This document shows, one piece after another, positions 24,913 through 36,864 of a stretch of 64,000 bases of DNA. This DNA comes from Vitrella brassicaformis CCMP3155 (Eukaryota > Protista > Chromerida). How positions within the stretch are numbered: the stretch's first letter is position 1; each line of letters opens with the position of its first letter. The translations under genes were made by a program, and so were the position numbers. The notes beneath the pieces were generated by a model, which did no database searches, was not told the origin of the DNA, and saw only the letters and a program-made list of their open reading frames with translations. Location of the stretch: positions 1-64,000 of the forward strand of contig CDMY01000345.1 of NCBI GenBank assembly GCA_001179505.1, given 5' to 3'.

Positions 24913-26116
24913 TCAATAGTAGTCGTAGTAGTCGCCTTCGTCCTCCTCGGTTTCATCCTCCCCTCCCTCAGGGGCGACAGCGGGTCGAACCGCGGACAGT
25001 GGCGGCATGACATGAGGGGCGACAGCGGGTCGAACCGCGGTCATTCCCGGAATGGCAATCCCACCTTTGGGGGGTGGTCGGTGCGGCGCTGCTGCTGGTT
25101 GACGCGTCTCGACAGCCTTCTTTTTGGTCTCGACGGCCTTCTGTGTGGTTTTCTTGGCTTTGGGCTTCTCCTCGGGCGGCTGTTTCTGTGTCTTGGGTGT
25201 GTCTTGGGGGCCCAGGTACTTGGTCAGCACGTACAGAATCTTGGGCACACTCGTGTATCTGCACACATACAGAGAGAGAGAGAGAGAGATATCTATTGGT
25301 CATGTCGACGCAGGGCAAACAAAGCAGACACCCTTTTGACCGACTGATTGACTAAGTTCTCACACACTTGATCTCGGCGATGTTTCCCGGGACGGCCTTC
25401 TTGGGTGTGCGGCCGACCGCTTCGAAGGCGTCTTGGAAGTGCTTGACGTCTTCGGCGGACGTCAGGGGGCGGCAGCGGATGTGTCCCATCTCTTTCCGCA
25501 GCTCCGTGGTGCAGGGGGGGCACTTCCTGACGTCAGTGCACTTGGCTCCGGAGTCCGGATGCCGGGCGACCTTCGCAGCCATGTGCATGCACTGACACAG
25601 AGCGTGCAGAGAGAGAGACACCGAAAATGGCGCGTGCGTGAGTGAGTGCCGCCTCTCTGCCTTGCCCACAGCTGACTGTCACACTCATTGTTGTGAGTCA
25701 CCCTTCCGGCTGTCCAGCAGCTGTTGACGCCTTGCTTGGTTTTGGCGGCCGCCCCCTTGCCCTTGGCCGCTTCAACGAGCTTCAGTGAGTAAAAGTAGCT
25801 GTAGTCGCTGTTGAAGAGCGTCTTGCACATGACCCTGCAGTCCTTTTTCTTGAACGAGCTGCCGACTCCCGTCCGCGGCGCTTTGCCCTCTTGAACGGGC
25901 CTGAAGGTTGGGACCATGATGCAGTGGCGATCTTCCAGGGGCACGGTTTTGATGGGCGCCTGAAAGTCCTTGTCGCCGCCCTTGACTCTCTTTTCTTTTG
26001 CGTCTACGCACACACAACACCTGGTAGAAACACACGCATACACCAACCGAGAGACACAGACAGACAGACAGACAGACAGAGAGAGAGACAGAGAGCAGAG
26101 AGACAGACAGAGAGAT

Positions 26117-26148
<32 letters not shown>

Positions 26149-26976
26149 CGTTCGTGTACTTCTGCGGCATGCCTGGCTCGTATCGTTTCTTCCTTACTGG
26201 GGGAATGGCTCCCCGGACTTTTTCCACACCCTGGCGGTGTCCTGCATGAGCTGGGTGGCCTTGTAGTCCGTGTACTTCATCGCCTTGATCAGATCGCTGT
26301 TGGCGGGTTCCTTAGCGGGGATTTCTTTTTGGTGCCGCTCGTTCCGCTCCTCCTCGGTCTCGGTCTCCTCCTCGGTCTCGTACCCCGGTGAGCTGGCGTC
26401 ACGGATGTGATACTCCCACCCGACGAAGTCGTCCGTATCGTCGTACTCGACCTCCGGGTCTTCGGGGGAAGAGGGGTCTCCTCTAAAGTAGAAATCCCCG
26501 GCAGCCTTGGGCTGCTTCCTGTACGGCGTCACGGGGGGCTCCTTGCCCTCGTCTTCGTCATTTTCGTATTCGCCTTCGTCGTCCGAATACTCAGCCTCAG
26601 TCTCAGTTTCAGTCTCAGTCTCAGTCTCATTGTCGTATGGGCCGTCCGTGGGCTGGTTCCAGCTGCAGAGAGCCAGAGAGCCAGACAGCGAGACAGCGAG
26701 ACAGCGAGACAGACAGACAGCCAAAGGGCAGTCGTGTCGACTTCGCGGTGGGCGAGTCTCTGTCTGTCTTGCCTGTCGTCGAAGAGGGCGCAAGAGTGGT
26801 TGGCAGACTGAGAGAGGTGACCGTCCCGCTCAAGCCTGCACACGCATGAATCAATGCAATTGCATCGATGTGGGTGTCTCTCCGACTCACTGGATGTCGT
26901 GTGCAAGAGCCAGGCTGGCCACCACCACCACCACCAGCAGCAGCAGCGGCAGCAGCGGGGCCGCTGATTTCGCCAT
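24913..26976 (-). CDS. Secreted acidic protein with novel 8-Cys domain (paralog A)
   Basis: Signal MAKSAAPLLPLLLLVVVVVASLALA, E/T/D-rich linker, DRHCIMVP..DCRVMC..NSCWTAGRC..CPPC..HIRC..LYVLT, then a K/P-rich tail ending DYYDYY*. Confidence 0.8.
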
Positions 26977-27261
26977 CAGTCCGGGAAGAAGAGAGAGTCA
27001 GAGCAACAGTGAGATCTGGTGGGTGAGGGGTGAGATGCCTCGAGCGATGTGGTCCTTAGACACTGCAGAGCAACGCCGTTTCCTCTGATCAAGCACACAT
27101 TCACGTCAGGATCTCATGAGGATTGTCGCACAGGGAGCCCAACGCAACGCACGGAAGGCGAAGCCCCCAGTCTGCATGCGCCCCCCTTCCACAGCTCGCA
27201 GTTCGGCGGGACGAGATCTCCCGTCTTCAAGTGCTTCCCGCGGACACCATCGGTGTACGGC

Positions 27262-30249
27262 GAATCAATAAGCAGAGAATCCCACAGCTCACTGACAGTT
27301 CATCTCGTCGCTCTCTCCCCGCTGTGTGTGCACGTTGCTTCAAACAGGCTGTTTCGTCCCATCCCTGACAGAATGACGGTCCGCTGCATGCCTCCCCGAG
27401 TCCATCTTGTCGCCTTCTCTCGCCTCATCTCTATGGCGTTGCTGCTTCTGCCGCTGAACACGACGCAGACTGCCGCTGCCATCGGCAGCGACAGAGCGGC
27501 GAGTGGGCTCCAGCTGATGCGCATGCGTCCGCACAGAGGGAGGGGAGGCCCTCTAGAAGCCTTCCTGCCAAGTGTGCCGAGGGAGATGCCCCTGAGGGGC
27601 TTTGGGATGCGTCGAGATGAGTCTGTGAGGGCCATCCATGCCGGCAAGAGCCGAGAGGTGAGCTGACTGGACAGATCGACGGGGATCCACGCCATTCGTA
27701 CGAACGATTCCTTCTCTGTGCTTCTGCCTGTGTGTGTTTCGTTCAGCTGCGCCATCCATCCACTCCTTCTCCATCCCTGGGCACAATCAACAGAATGCGG
27801 CCTTCAGCTGCAACAGCCAGGTACATGAATGCACACAGACGGACAGGCAGATGGGATGCCGTCCATATGTGTGTGGCTTTCAGATGGCCGTCCATGCGGC
27901 GTCACACAGCGCTGCTCTCTGCCGTCGCCACACAGGCGGAAACGGCCGGCGATTCATCGGAGGCAGTCGGCAAGCCATCGCTGGAAGGTGGGCACACGTT
28001 CATCTCCCCATTGCCGACCACGCAGCAAGACTCATCGTGTGTGGTTCGTCTGCAGGTCGCGTGGAGCTGACAGTGGATGATCTGTTGCCCACGGCTGACG
28101 TGCCGCTCCCTCGAGTGGACTTGACGACAGAGCCTGAGGTGTTCATTGGGAGCGATTATATGGACAAGGCCTATTCGCTGCTGCTGCGCGAGTACGGGAG
28201 GTATGACGATTCGAGCGCGCGAGTGATGCCAATGTCATTCGTCGGCTTCCAAGGGGCTGGCAAGACCAGGATGCTGAAAGAGCTGTCTAAGAAGCTGCGA
28301 CAGGAAGGCATCCCCGCCATCTTTATCCCTTTTGGTGACGAGACCGAGTACAACATAGACACCGAAGGCGCCTCTACGCCGTTGTTCGACTCACTCAATC
28401 TGCGGCTGGCGTGGGCGGCGGCGACCGACGAGGCGCGAGCAAGGGTCGCACGGGCAGCCAATGTGGATGTCGACAAGCTGAACTTTACGATGTGGCTCAG
28501 GCACGCATTCATCAGCGAGCGCACCGCTCGTGAGTGGCTTGACTATCACCCGTGTCTGCTGCTTATCGACGATCTTCACCGCTTTGCGACTCTGCAGGGC
28601 GACGAACGCTATGAAGCGGAGGGCAAAGTGGGCAGATACCTCAAGTGCAATTTCCTTAATCGTCGTGACCGGCATTTCGTCTTCGCTGAGCCCAACAATG
28701 CGACCACTGTCAGCGGCGATTTTCTCTCCTTCCTCGATCCAATGTTCCGGAAGTGGCGTGACCTGCTCCGACCAGAGCTGCCTTTGATCGAGGGAAAAGG
28801 ATCTGGAGCACCTTCTGGACAGCAATGTGACTCGTGGGACGATTTGCTGGGCCGGGCGATCTCCTGGACTGGTATGGGAGATGTGTCAACACGGTGGCTC
28901 TCTGGAGGCCAAAGTCGGCAACGTCAGTTGTGTCGATCCACGGAGAAGATTTGGAGCGATTGGGGTATTATGCGATTTTCTGGCTACGGCGATGGAAGGG
29001 ACCAGCGGCTCTTTTGGGCCTAATATCGGCAACTGGACGGCATTGCTGAATGTGTTTGACGAAGTGAGGACTTCTCAGATTTGGCATGGACGACTGGCGT
29101 GGCACAGAACATACTCACTGCCTCCTTGCTATCTGGCCGGTATGTGCGCTTCTCTGGCGCAATGGGACTCTCTCAAGGAGAAAGCTGGCGAGTCGTTTTG
29201 TGAGGGCCTGAATGCTGTTGCCAGCAGCCTGCGGATGCTCAATCATGCTGAGGAGGGACGCCAGTGGGTCGGGCCGTGTACAGCGGCGATGCTCATACGA
29301 TTGCTGCAAGGCGAAATAGAGAGGCTGACCCGATGGAGCCTCCGCCCCCGCGAAGCTAACGAGGTCCCACCGCAGGTCGGCAATGTGCTTCCCGGCTCTC
29401 TCGTGATACCGTTGAGCGGGGACACACAGTCGATGGGCTGCAAATTTGGCAGGTACTTGAGCTCGGAGTGGAGAAACACTGAGGATGTCATTAAGGCGTT
29501 TGTCCGAAGGAGCGGACCTCCCTCTGAAAGATCCAGATGGGATCCTGACACCGTCTTCTTCTATCAGCCCAAGCCTGATGCCTTCGAGGACAAATATGAC
29601 TTTCTTGTCTTCGTGGTGGACAAGGATGGCAAGCTGAGCGATGTGTGGGGCTACAAGTGTGTCCGCGGCGACGCCTTACCGCCAGGAGAGGACGAGCCTT
29701 TTATCGACTATGAAGATCGCCGGCAGCAGTGGATGGAAACCAATGTGTGGCCGCCTCTGCCGGGCAATCCGCTGCCGGGCGCGGCCGATCTCTTCAGTGA
29801 TCCCGATATGCGGTCGATGGAGATCAAGTCAGTGTGGCTGCGAGGGGGTGGGGGGCGGGGAGAGAAGGCATTTGTGAGGAGGCAGGAGGATGGCCATGCG
29901 TGGATTGTGCCATGTCGAGACGATGTTGATGCACTACTCGGTCTGACACTGAACAGAACCTGTTCCTTTGTACGTTCGAGTGCTTGAGGCATGTGTGTTG
30001 TGTAAGGGGATGTAGATGGACATTTGGGTGTAGACCGGTTGTGTTGTCATTTGTAGTCAAGACGGAGACTTTTCATGTGTGAGAATGTAGACGTGAGACG
30101 CCTGGATGAGAGGATGAATCGTGTTCCTCCAAATCGATAGATCTCACATCAAGGTCACCTGCTGGAGCCAATGCAACTGCAAATGCGCCTTCCCTTCGCC
30201 TCCCTCGAGGAGGAGCGATCCCGCTCAAGCTCGCGAGTGAAGAACAAGG
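27262..30249 (+). repeat. Left arm of a ~3 kb inverted duplication (partner ~36300-39520)
   Basis: Colinear reverse-complement similarity covering the whole NTPase-REase gene, its 3' flank and the ~170 bp upstream of the PPR-TGM ATG. Confidence 0.9.
27373..29987 (+). pseudogene. Crinkler/RHS-like NTPase-REase paralog CR1 (signal+transit-like leader; +1 frameshift at ~28793)
   Basis: Walker A GFQGAGKT, Walker B LLLIDDL, C-terminal FFYQP..KYDFLVFV..VWGYKC. Three leader exons precede GRVELTVDD. Extra G (GAGGGAAAAGG versus GAGGAAAAGG in paralogs); a sequencing error cannot be excluded. Confidence 0.75.
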
Positions 30250-30265
30250 ACAGGTGTCAAAAGCC

Positions 30266-32685
30266 ATGAAGAGACAACGGGACTCACAGCCCCGAGCCAA
30301 CCAGAGGCAAAAAAGACGACGCTTCGCATCCGCGTCACGTTCCGACGAGCGGCATCACCGCGGGCGTGAGCAGCAGCAGCTGATTCACATCAACCAGCAG
30401 ATCAGTGCGTGCACGCGCAAGGGGAGACTCGGAGAGGCATTCCAGGTACAGGCAGGCAGACATGAGCAAAGACAGACAGACAGATGAGTGAATCCCGAGC
30501 GCGTGTCCTTGTATGGCGTTGCAGCACTTCGCCCGGATCAGTGAGCTCAACCTGAAGCCCACGGTAGGCAACACACACGCCGGACGGACACACACAAAAG
30601 CCACCCGCCACACGCATGGGAGTGGATGAATGTGACAACTGATGCGTGAATGACGTCATTCCTTTTGCCCTTTTCCTTCAGATAGTGGCCTACTCGTCGC
30701 TCATCAACTGCTGCGTTCGGTGCGGCGAGATGCAGCGGGCGGCTCACTTGTACGAGCGCATGCAGAATCAGGACGGCATTGCCCCGAACCTGATTGTCTA
30801 CACGACCATGGTCAAGGGGTACAGCAACCAGGGAAACATGGCAGAGGCAGAGAGACTCATGGACGCCATGACGGCCGCCGGCGTGCAGCCGAACATCCGG
30901 ACGCTCTCTGCTCTGATGAGAGGCTACCTCAGGACAGGCCAGCTCGACAGAGCCCTCAAAAATGCCAAGTAAGGTGGGCACGGCCAGGGGCCAGCAGACA
31001 CACACGGACACAGACACACGGATACTGCTGTCGATCTGGGCTTCTCTCTGCGTGTATCTCCAGGCATTTGGTAGAGGCCCAATCGGCAGGACTAATCGAT
31101 GGACAGCTGGCCCCTGAGGAGCATTCCGACAGCGGCGGCGGCGGCATAGCGGCCTGCCAGTCGTCTCTCGCCGCTTTGGTGCAGCTGCTCGCGCAAGCTC
31201 ACCTCATGAGCGACGCAGAGGGCCTGGTGCAGCTGATGGGCCGTCTGGTGGACAGCAGCAGGGCCACAGCAGAGGAGGGAGCCGTCAGCATCCTCCTGGC
31301 CGAGACTTACCACAACATCGCCGTCGCACATGCGCTCTTCGGCGAGAGGAAACGGGCGAGAGACTGCATCGGCAAGGCTCGAGCACTGTCCGGCTCTTCA
31401 CCCACACCACGATCAGCAGCGGCAGCGTCAGCTACCGCCAGCCAAGGCGGCGGTCAGCAGAGGAGTCAGCAGCTCTTCTTGAAGCATCGTGGCAAGGAGC
31501 TGAGGAGAGACCTGGACCATCTCGACAACAAGCTCACCACAGAGTCCGCCGTCACGGTCACACCAGACCAGCTCTTTTCCGCTTTCCGGCGCCTTGTCTG
31601 GACAGAGGGAAATGACGACAGCACACAAGACATAATGGTGGCGGAAGAGCGCGGCACGCACTATGGCCGTCGTCTGTCGTCCTTCGGTCTCACGGACTTC
31701 CTTCGCCGCCACACTCTTCGCGAGCTGAAAGGCACCGACACGTTGTCTGTGAGGGCGTCGGAGTTCTTTCGTGTGTATGGCGGCCAGCTGAGCCGACGGC
31801 AGCACCGGTTCAGGTGGGGGAGGGTGTTCGGTGAGGGGGGCGGGCTGCCCGTGAAGGTCGAGGTGTGCAGTGGGGGCGGCGAATGGGTCACTGCAAAGGT
31901 GGGCGTTCGATCAGGAGAGAGAGAGAGAGAGATGCCCAGTTGTTTGATTGTTTGCTTCCCCCTTGTGTTGTGTGTTACAGGCGAGTTCTGAGGTCGGTGT
32001 GAGCAACTGGGTGGCCATGGAACTCAGACACGACAGGTGCTACCAGGTATGTATGCCACACACGCCCACACGCACGCACAGCAAGCGAGCCGCCCGCCTG
32101 CCTCCATCTATGTGTGTGTGTGTGTCTCTGTCTGCAGATGTTCAGCCGCGGCAGCCTGGCCGCCTTGCCCAATCTGTGCATCGTGGGGGGCGATGCGCAC
32201 GCCGCCATGGTGCGGCACTTCTCTTCCGACAGTGTGGCCGAGGTGTGGGTGACCTTCCCGCAGCCGCCTCTGTGGTCAGGGGGGTCGGGCCACCTCCTCA
32301 CAGGCGACTTCTTCAACCAAATACGGCGGTGAGCGAGCTGAGCCAAAACATCAGACACGCAATACACCCACCCAAGTGTCTGTGTGTGTGTGCGTGTGTG
32401 TGTGTCAGGGTGCTGTGTGTTGGAGGAGTGGTGACGGTCGTGTCGGACAGTCTGCCCTACTGCCACACCATCCACCAGCAGCTGAGCTCTGCCACACAGC
32501 TGGTCTCGACGCACCCACACGAGCCGTGTGTGCGCGGCTGGCCGGACGGCTATGCGCCTCTGTCTGACACTGGAGAGGGGGCTGGAGAGGGAGAGGGAGA
32601 GGGAAGTGGCAGCAGCTATTTCGATCGCTTCTGGAGCGGCGGCAAGAGGACCAGCCGATACTTTGTGCGATGGAGGAAGGAATAA
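30266..32685 (+). CDS. PPR-TGM: pentatricopeptide-repeat protein with C-terminal tRNA (guanine-N7) methyltransferase (TrmB-like) domain
   Basis: About 4 PPRs (AYSSLINCCVRCGEMQRA, VYTTMVKGYSNQGNMAEA, TLSALMRGYLRTGQLDRA). TrmB-like motifs KVEVCSGGGEW, AMELRHDR, NLCIVGGDA, VWVTFPQPP, GGVVTVVSD. Confidence 0.85.
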
Positions 32686-33003
32686 TGTGGTGCGTGTGAG
32701 TGGTATTGCCGACATTGAGCAGCAGTCAGTTGATGGGGGATTGGTGGGAGGGGAGAGGGTCTCTATGCACATGTTGTTTGCACAGACAGACAGACAGACA
32801 TAAACCATAGAGAATGAACGTCAAGATTTTCACACACAGAAGAGCGGTATAATACCCACACACAGACTATGCACCCCCAGCCAGCACATCACATACACCC
32901 CCCGCCAGCACAAATAAATCAACATGTCAACAAGCATCCCGTCGCCGGCCAGACAGACAATGAACGACACAGCGCACAGCCGTCCACACACGCATAAACC
33001 CTC

Positions 33004-35382
33004 TCAGCAACACCAAATTGGCTTGAGGTCCGTTGTCTGGCTCTCAGCGCCCCCGTAGTCGATGACCGCCAGCCATCTGGCCGTGCCGCTTGCTATGGTG
33101 ACGCCAAACAGGGGGAACCAACACGACGATATGATAGACCTGACGACACACACAAAAAGCAAATTGCTCTGTGACATTTGCCCGTGGGCCAGCCGTCAGT
33201 GCTCTCACTCACAGTATGGGCATTGCGGGAAGGGCCATGTAGAGGTTCGTCCAGAGAGCCAGTGCCGCCACGCTGCCCGCCAGCACACACGTGGCCCTCA
33301 CGACCTGCGGCCCATCCGTCTTAGCACCACTGCTTGCCAAAGACACCAGCACCACCGTCAGCCAGCCGCTGCGCACATCGCATCCATCAGAGACAACAGA
33401 CAACACAACGGAGTGAGTCATGAGCGACCCATGTGGCCGTCTGTATGGTTCGGCGTACCTAATGAGAGTGGCCGTCTGTGTGATTGCAGCATCGCCACAC
33501 GTCATGAAGGTGGCCACGATGATGGTCATGATGAGGCCCCCGAGCGGCACAGCCGACAGGAGCGGCCGTGAGGTGGGCGGCAGGGCAAGCGTAAACACCA
33601 CCAACAGCAATGCCTGAGGGAACCAAGCAGCAAACACACACGCTGTCCATCCGGCTAGGCTGTCGGCCCATGTGTTTGTGCATGCCGTGTTCACCCACCT
33701 GTATGGGCTGCCAGATGCCGCTCAACAGGAGCACATACGCCGCCAGATAGGCGGCCTCAAACAAACAGGCCGAAGCCGCACTGCAGCCCTCACTAACCCC
33801 CCCATCTGCACACTTGCCCTCCTGATCGGTGACGGCCTCCTCACTCACGCCACCCTCCAGCTCGCTCTCACTGATGCTGTCGACCGTATTGGCGTCGCAC
33901 CATACACCGCCCCCTCCGCCGCCCATAGGTGTCACCGAGCCAGCCGTGTCCACCTCCCTAGGGGTCTTGTGGTCATGCTCCCGCTTCTCCTGGGCCACCA
34001 TACCCAATGCCACCAAGCCGACCGACTCGGCAGGCAGCGTGAGCGTGCTGTCGATGCACCCAGTTTGGCGCAGGATTGTGTGCCACATCGATCTTATGCT
34101 GCGCCTGGGGCGGGCGGATGGTGCGGTGGGTGGCGTGACGATGGCCGACAGAAGATGGGCGTCATGATAAATGTGGGTGTGCAGTGGGGAGGGGAAAATG
34201 GCGGCCATGTCGATGGCAGTCAGCGGCAGCAGACCCACCAGCAGGCACCTGTGGTCCTCCTGAGATACGAAGGAAGATAAAGACACACATACAAACATCA
34301 CTCATAGAAGAGGATATTTATGTGACCGGTGCTGACCTCCTGGATCGCTTGTGCCATCTCCTTGATAACCTCTCTCTCGCAGTCCCGGACTTTCCGCTCC
34401 CACTCGACAAAGACGCCCAGCCGAGAAGCGCGGCTGCATGACACACACACCACACCACACCACACCACAACACACCACACCACACACAATGGACGAATGA
34501 AATCGGCACCATCCATCCATCCACCCACTGTCTTGGCCTACTTACCCGACGTGGCCCACACCATTGATGAGCCTCTCCGGGGTGCCGATGACAATGCCGC
34601 AGTGGGTGGCCTCTCTCTTGCCCCCACCCATCCCCCGCTGCATGCTCATGCCACCGAAGCTGCCTTTAGTGAGCAGAGGATACACCGAAACCCCCCAGCC
34701 ACGCGCCTCATCGAATGGTAGGGCGAGCAGGCACTGGTCGGCCTGGACTGTGTGGGCGAGGATCGGCGATTCCTCGACGAACCGCATCAGTGAGGGGCAG
34801 ATGTCGATGGGGCCGCACTGCAACGCTCCCAGCAGCGTGTGCAGTGCCTGCCCCATGATGCAACTGGCGGCGATCTGCGTGTCCGCGTAATTAATGCTGG
34901 TGTGGTGATCCTGATTGTCAGTGATGAGGTAGACGCCATCTTGCATGGGCGTGAAGCCGATGGGCACCACGTCCCGCGCCTTGCTGGTGCAGCAGAAAGG
35001 CGCCTGTCGGGCCGACTGATCGTTTGGCGGCCTCAGCAACGGGAAAAGAACGTTGGTAGAGAGCGATGCCTCCTGAAGGCAAACACGCAAGGACAGCAAG
35101 AGAGACGACAGACAGGAAAGGCCATTCATCCACTTGGTTGCTCGCCACATGCACCCAGTCGCTCACCCGCGCTCCGTCTTGTTGCTCGTTTGTTGCCTTG
35201 GTGATGCTCGCCGCTGCAGCAGGAGTGCTGGCGGGGCTGTCTGCCTTTGCGAGTGTCGTTGTGGATGGCTGTTGCTGCTGGCCAGGGATGGGCGTGAGGC
35301 GAGTGGCGATGCGGCACAGCACATCCACCAAACAGAGGAGCTGTATCAGCCCCGTCAGCATGACCTGCGGGGGTTTCACACA

Positions 35383-35431
<49 letters not shown>

Positions 35432-36203
35432 GTTCATTGATGTACTGAATGAATGAGGCGTTGGGAAGGTGCATACCGATGCAGTCGATTTGTCCCGCAG
35501 ATGCTCATTCGCCAACAGCAGAGCCATCCTCACGACCTGCACGAATGAGTCACATCACATACACAGGTACATACAAGAGATGCAAGCACAGAGGATTTCG
35601 TTCACAGCGCACCTGCCAGCCTCGTCCGTGCAGCCCGACATGCGCCATGCCCAGTGCGGTCGTAGCAACCAGTAGCTGCCACTCCTGCCGGGCGACACAC
35701 ACGGACGCGAGGACGGCGACAGCACAGAGGGCCAGGCCGCGGCGCCAGACTGCAGGGCTGGTCATGCTGAGGAAGAGGCCCGCTGCACAAAGCAGCTGCA
35801 GCAAGTTGCTGAGCAGCCCCTGCAACCATGTCACACAGACGTCGCACGCGCGATATCGCCCCTCTCGTGTCCCTTTGCAGAGGTACCGAAGCAGTCGACT
35901 TGTCCGTCAGCATATCTTTGGCCACCAGCAGCGCCACTCTGACCACCTGAACGAACAGCACGAGAAATACAAGACACATGCATTCCCGCAGATGTGCACT
36001 GATTTCCTTGGAAGGACCTGCCAGCCAAGCCCTTTGAGGCGCAGATGCATCATGACTGAAGCCGCTCCCACGCACACACATGGGCCTATTATCGCTCGTT
36101 TGGCGTGCGTCATGAACCAATAAAGGGCGACAGCGCAGCCGATGACTGGCAGCAACATTCGCCGCACCGAGGCGGATGATACTGTGGGCCTCGCGGCAGC
36201 CAT
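33004..36203 (-). CDS. Hypothetical multi-pass membrane protein (gene model uncertain)
   Basis: Hydrophobic exons at both ends (LLPVIGCAVALYWF.., LLLVVFTLAL..GGLIMTIIVATF, VLAGSVAALALW), an internally duplicated N-terminal segment and a soluble middle. No family recognised. Confidence 0.45.
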
Positions 36204-36864
36204 TGGATGGCTGCGCAGCGGCTGAGCAGCTATGCGCAGGTTGTTAAGCCTTTAAGGCACTCGGGACTTGTCAAGGTCTGAACGGAATGCCTCCAGTAAC
36301 TTGTTTTTTCACTTGCGAGCTTGAGCAGGGATCGCTCCGCCTTTCGGAAGGGAGGCGAAGGGAAGGCGCATTTGCAGTTGCATTGGCTCCAGCAGGTGAC
36401 CTTGGTGTGAGATCTATCGACTTGGAGGAACCCTATTCATCCTCTCATCCAGGCGTCTCACGTCATGGACCACGTTGCCTGCCGATTTTCGCGTGGACGT
36501 CGTGTGCCAATTGTTGTGAGAGAGGTGAGCCTCAGCACGTCATGAACGGAACACCCACTCGCACGGCAAGCCACGACAACTGTATATAGGGACATGTTCT
36601 TGCTCAGTGTCACCTCTTGCTGTGTGTGCATGTTTACGTGGCTATGCGTTGGCCATAAGGGCCTCTGGTGGAAAAGGGCCGCAAAAATCACCCACACCCA
36701 CCCACATGTCCACACAAATCATTTCACACGGCATAGGGCTTGACCGACAGTGTGATAGCGCATCATGAGCAAACACTGAAAAGTCTCCGTCTTGACTACA
36801 AATGACAACACAACCGGTCTACACCCACATGTCCATCTACATCCCCTTACACAACACACATGCC

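Noticed and set aside
24968-25045. ~26-bp direct repeat (AGGGGCGACAGCGGGTCGAACCGCGG) twice
   Set aside because: Only two copies, encoding AVRPAVAP within a CDS; not a CRISPR array or satellite.
34560-34980. IVIGTPERL and GFTPMQ resemble DEAD-box motif Ib and the Q motif
   Set aside because: No Walker A or DEAD motif, and the context is a membrane protein.
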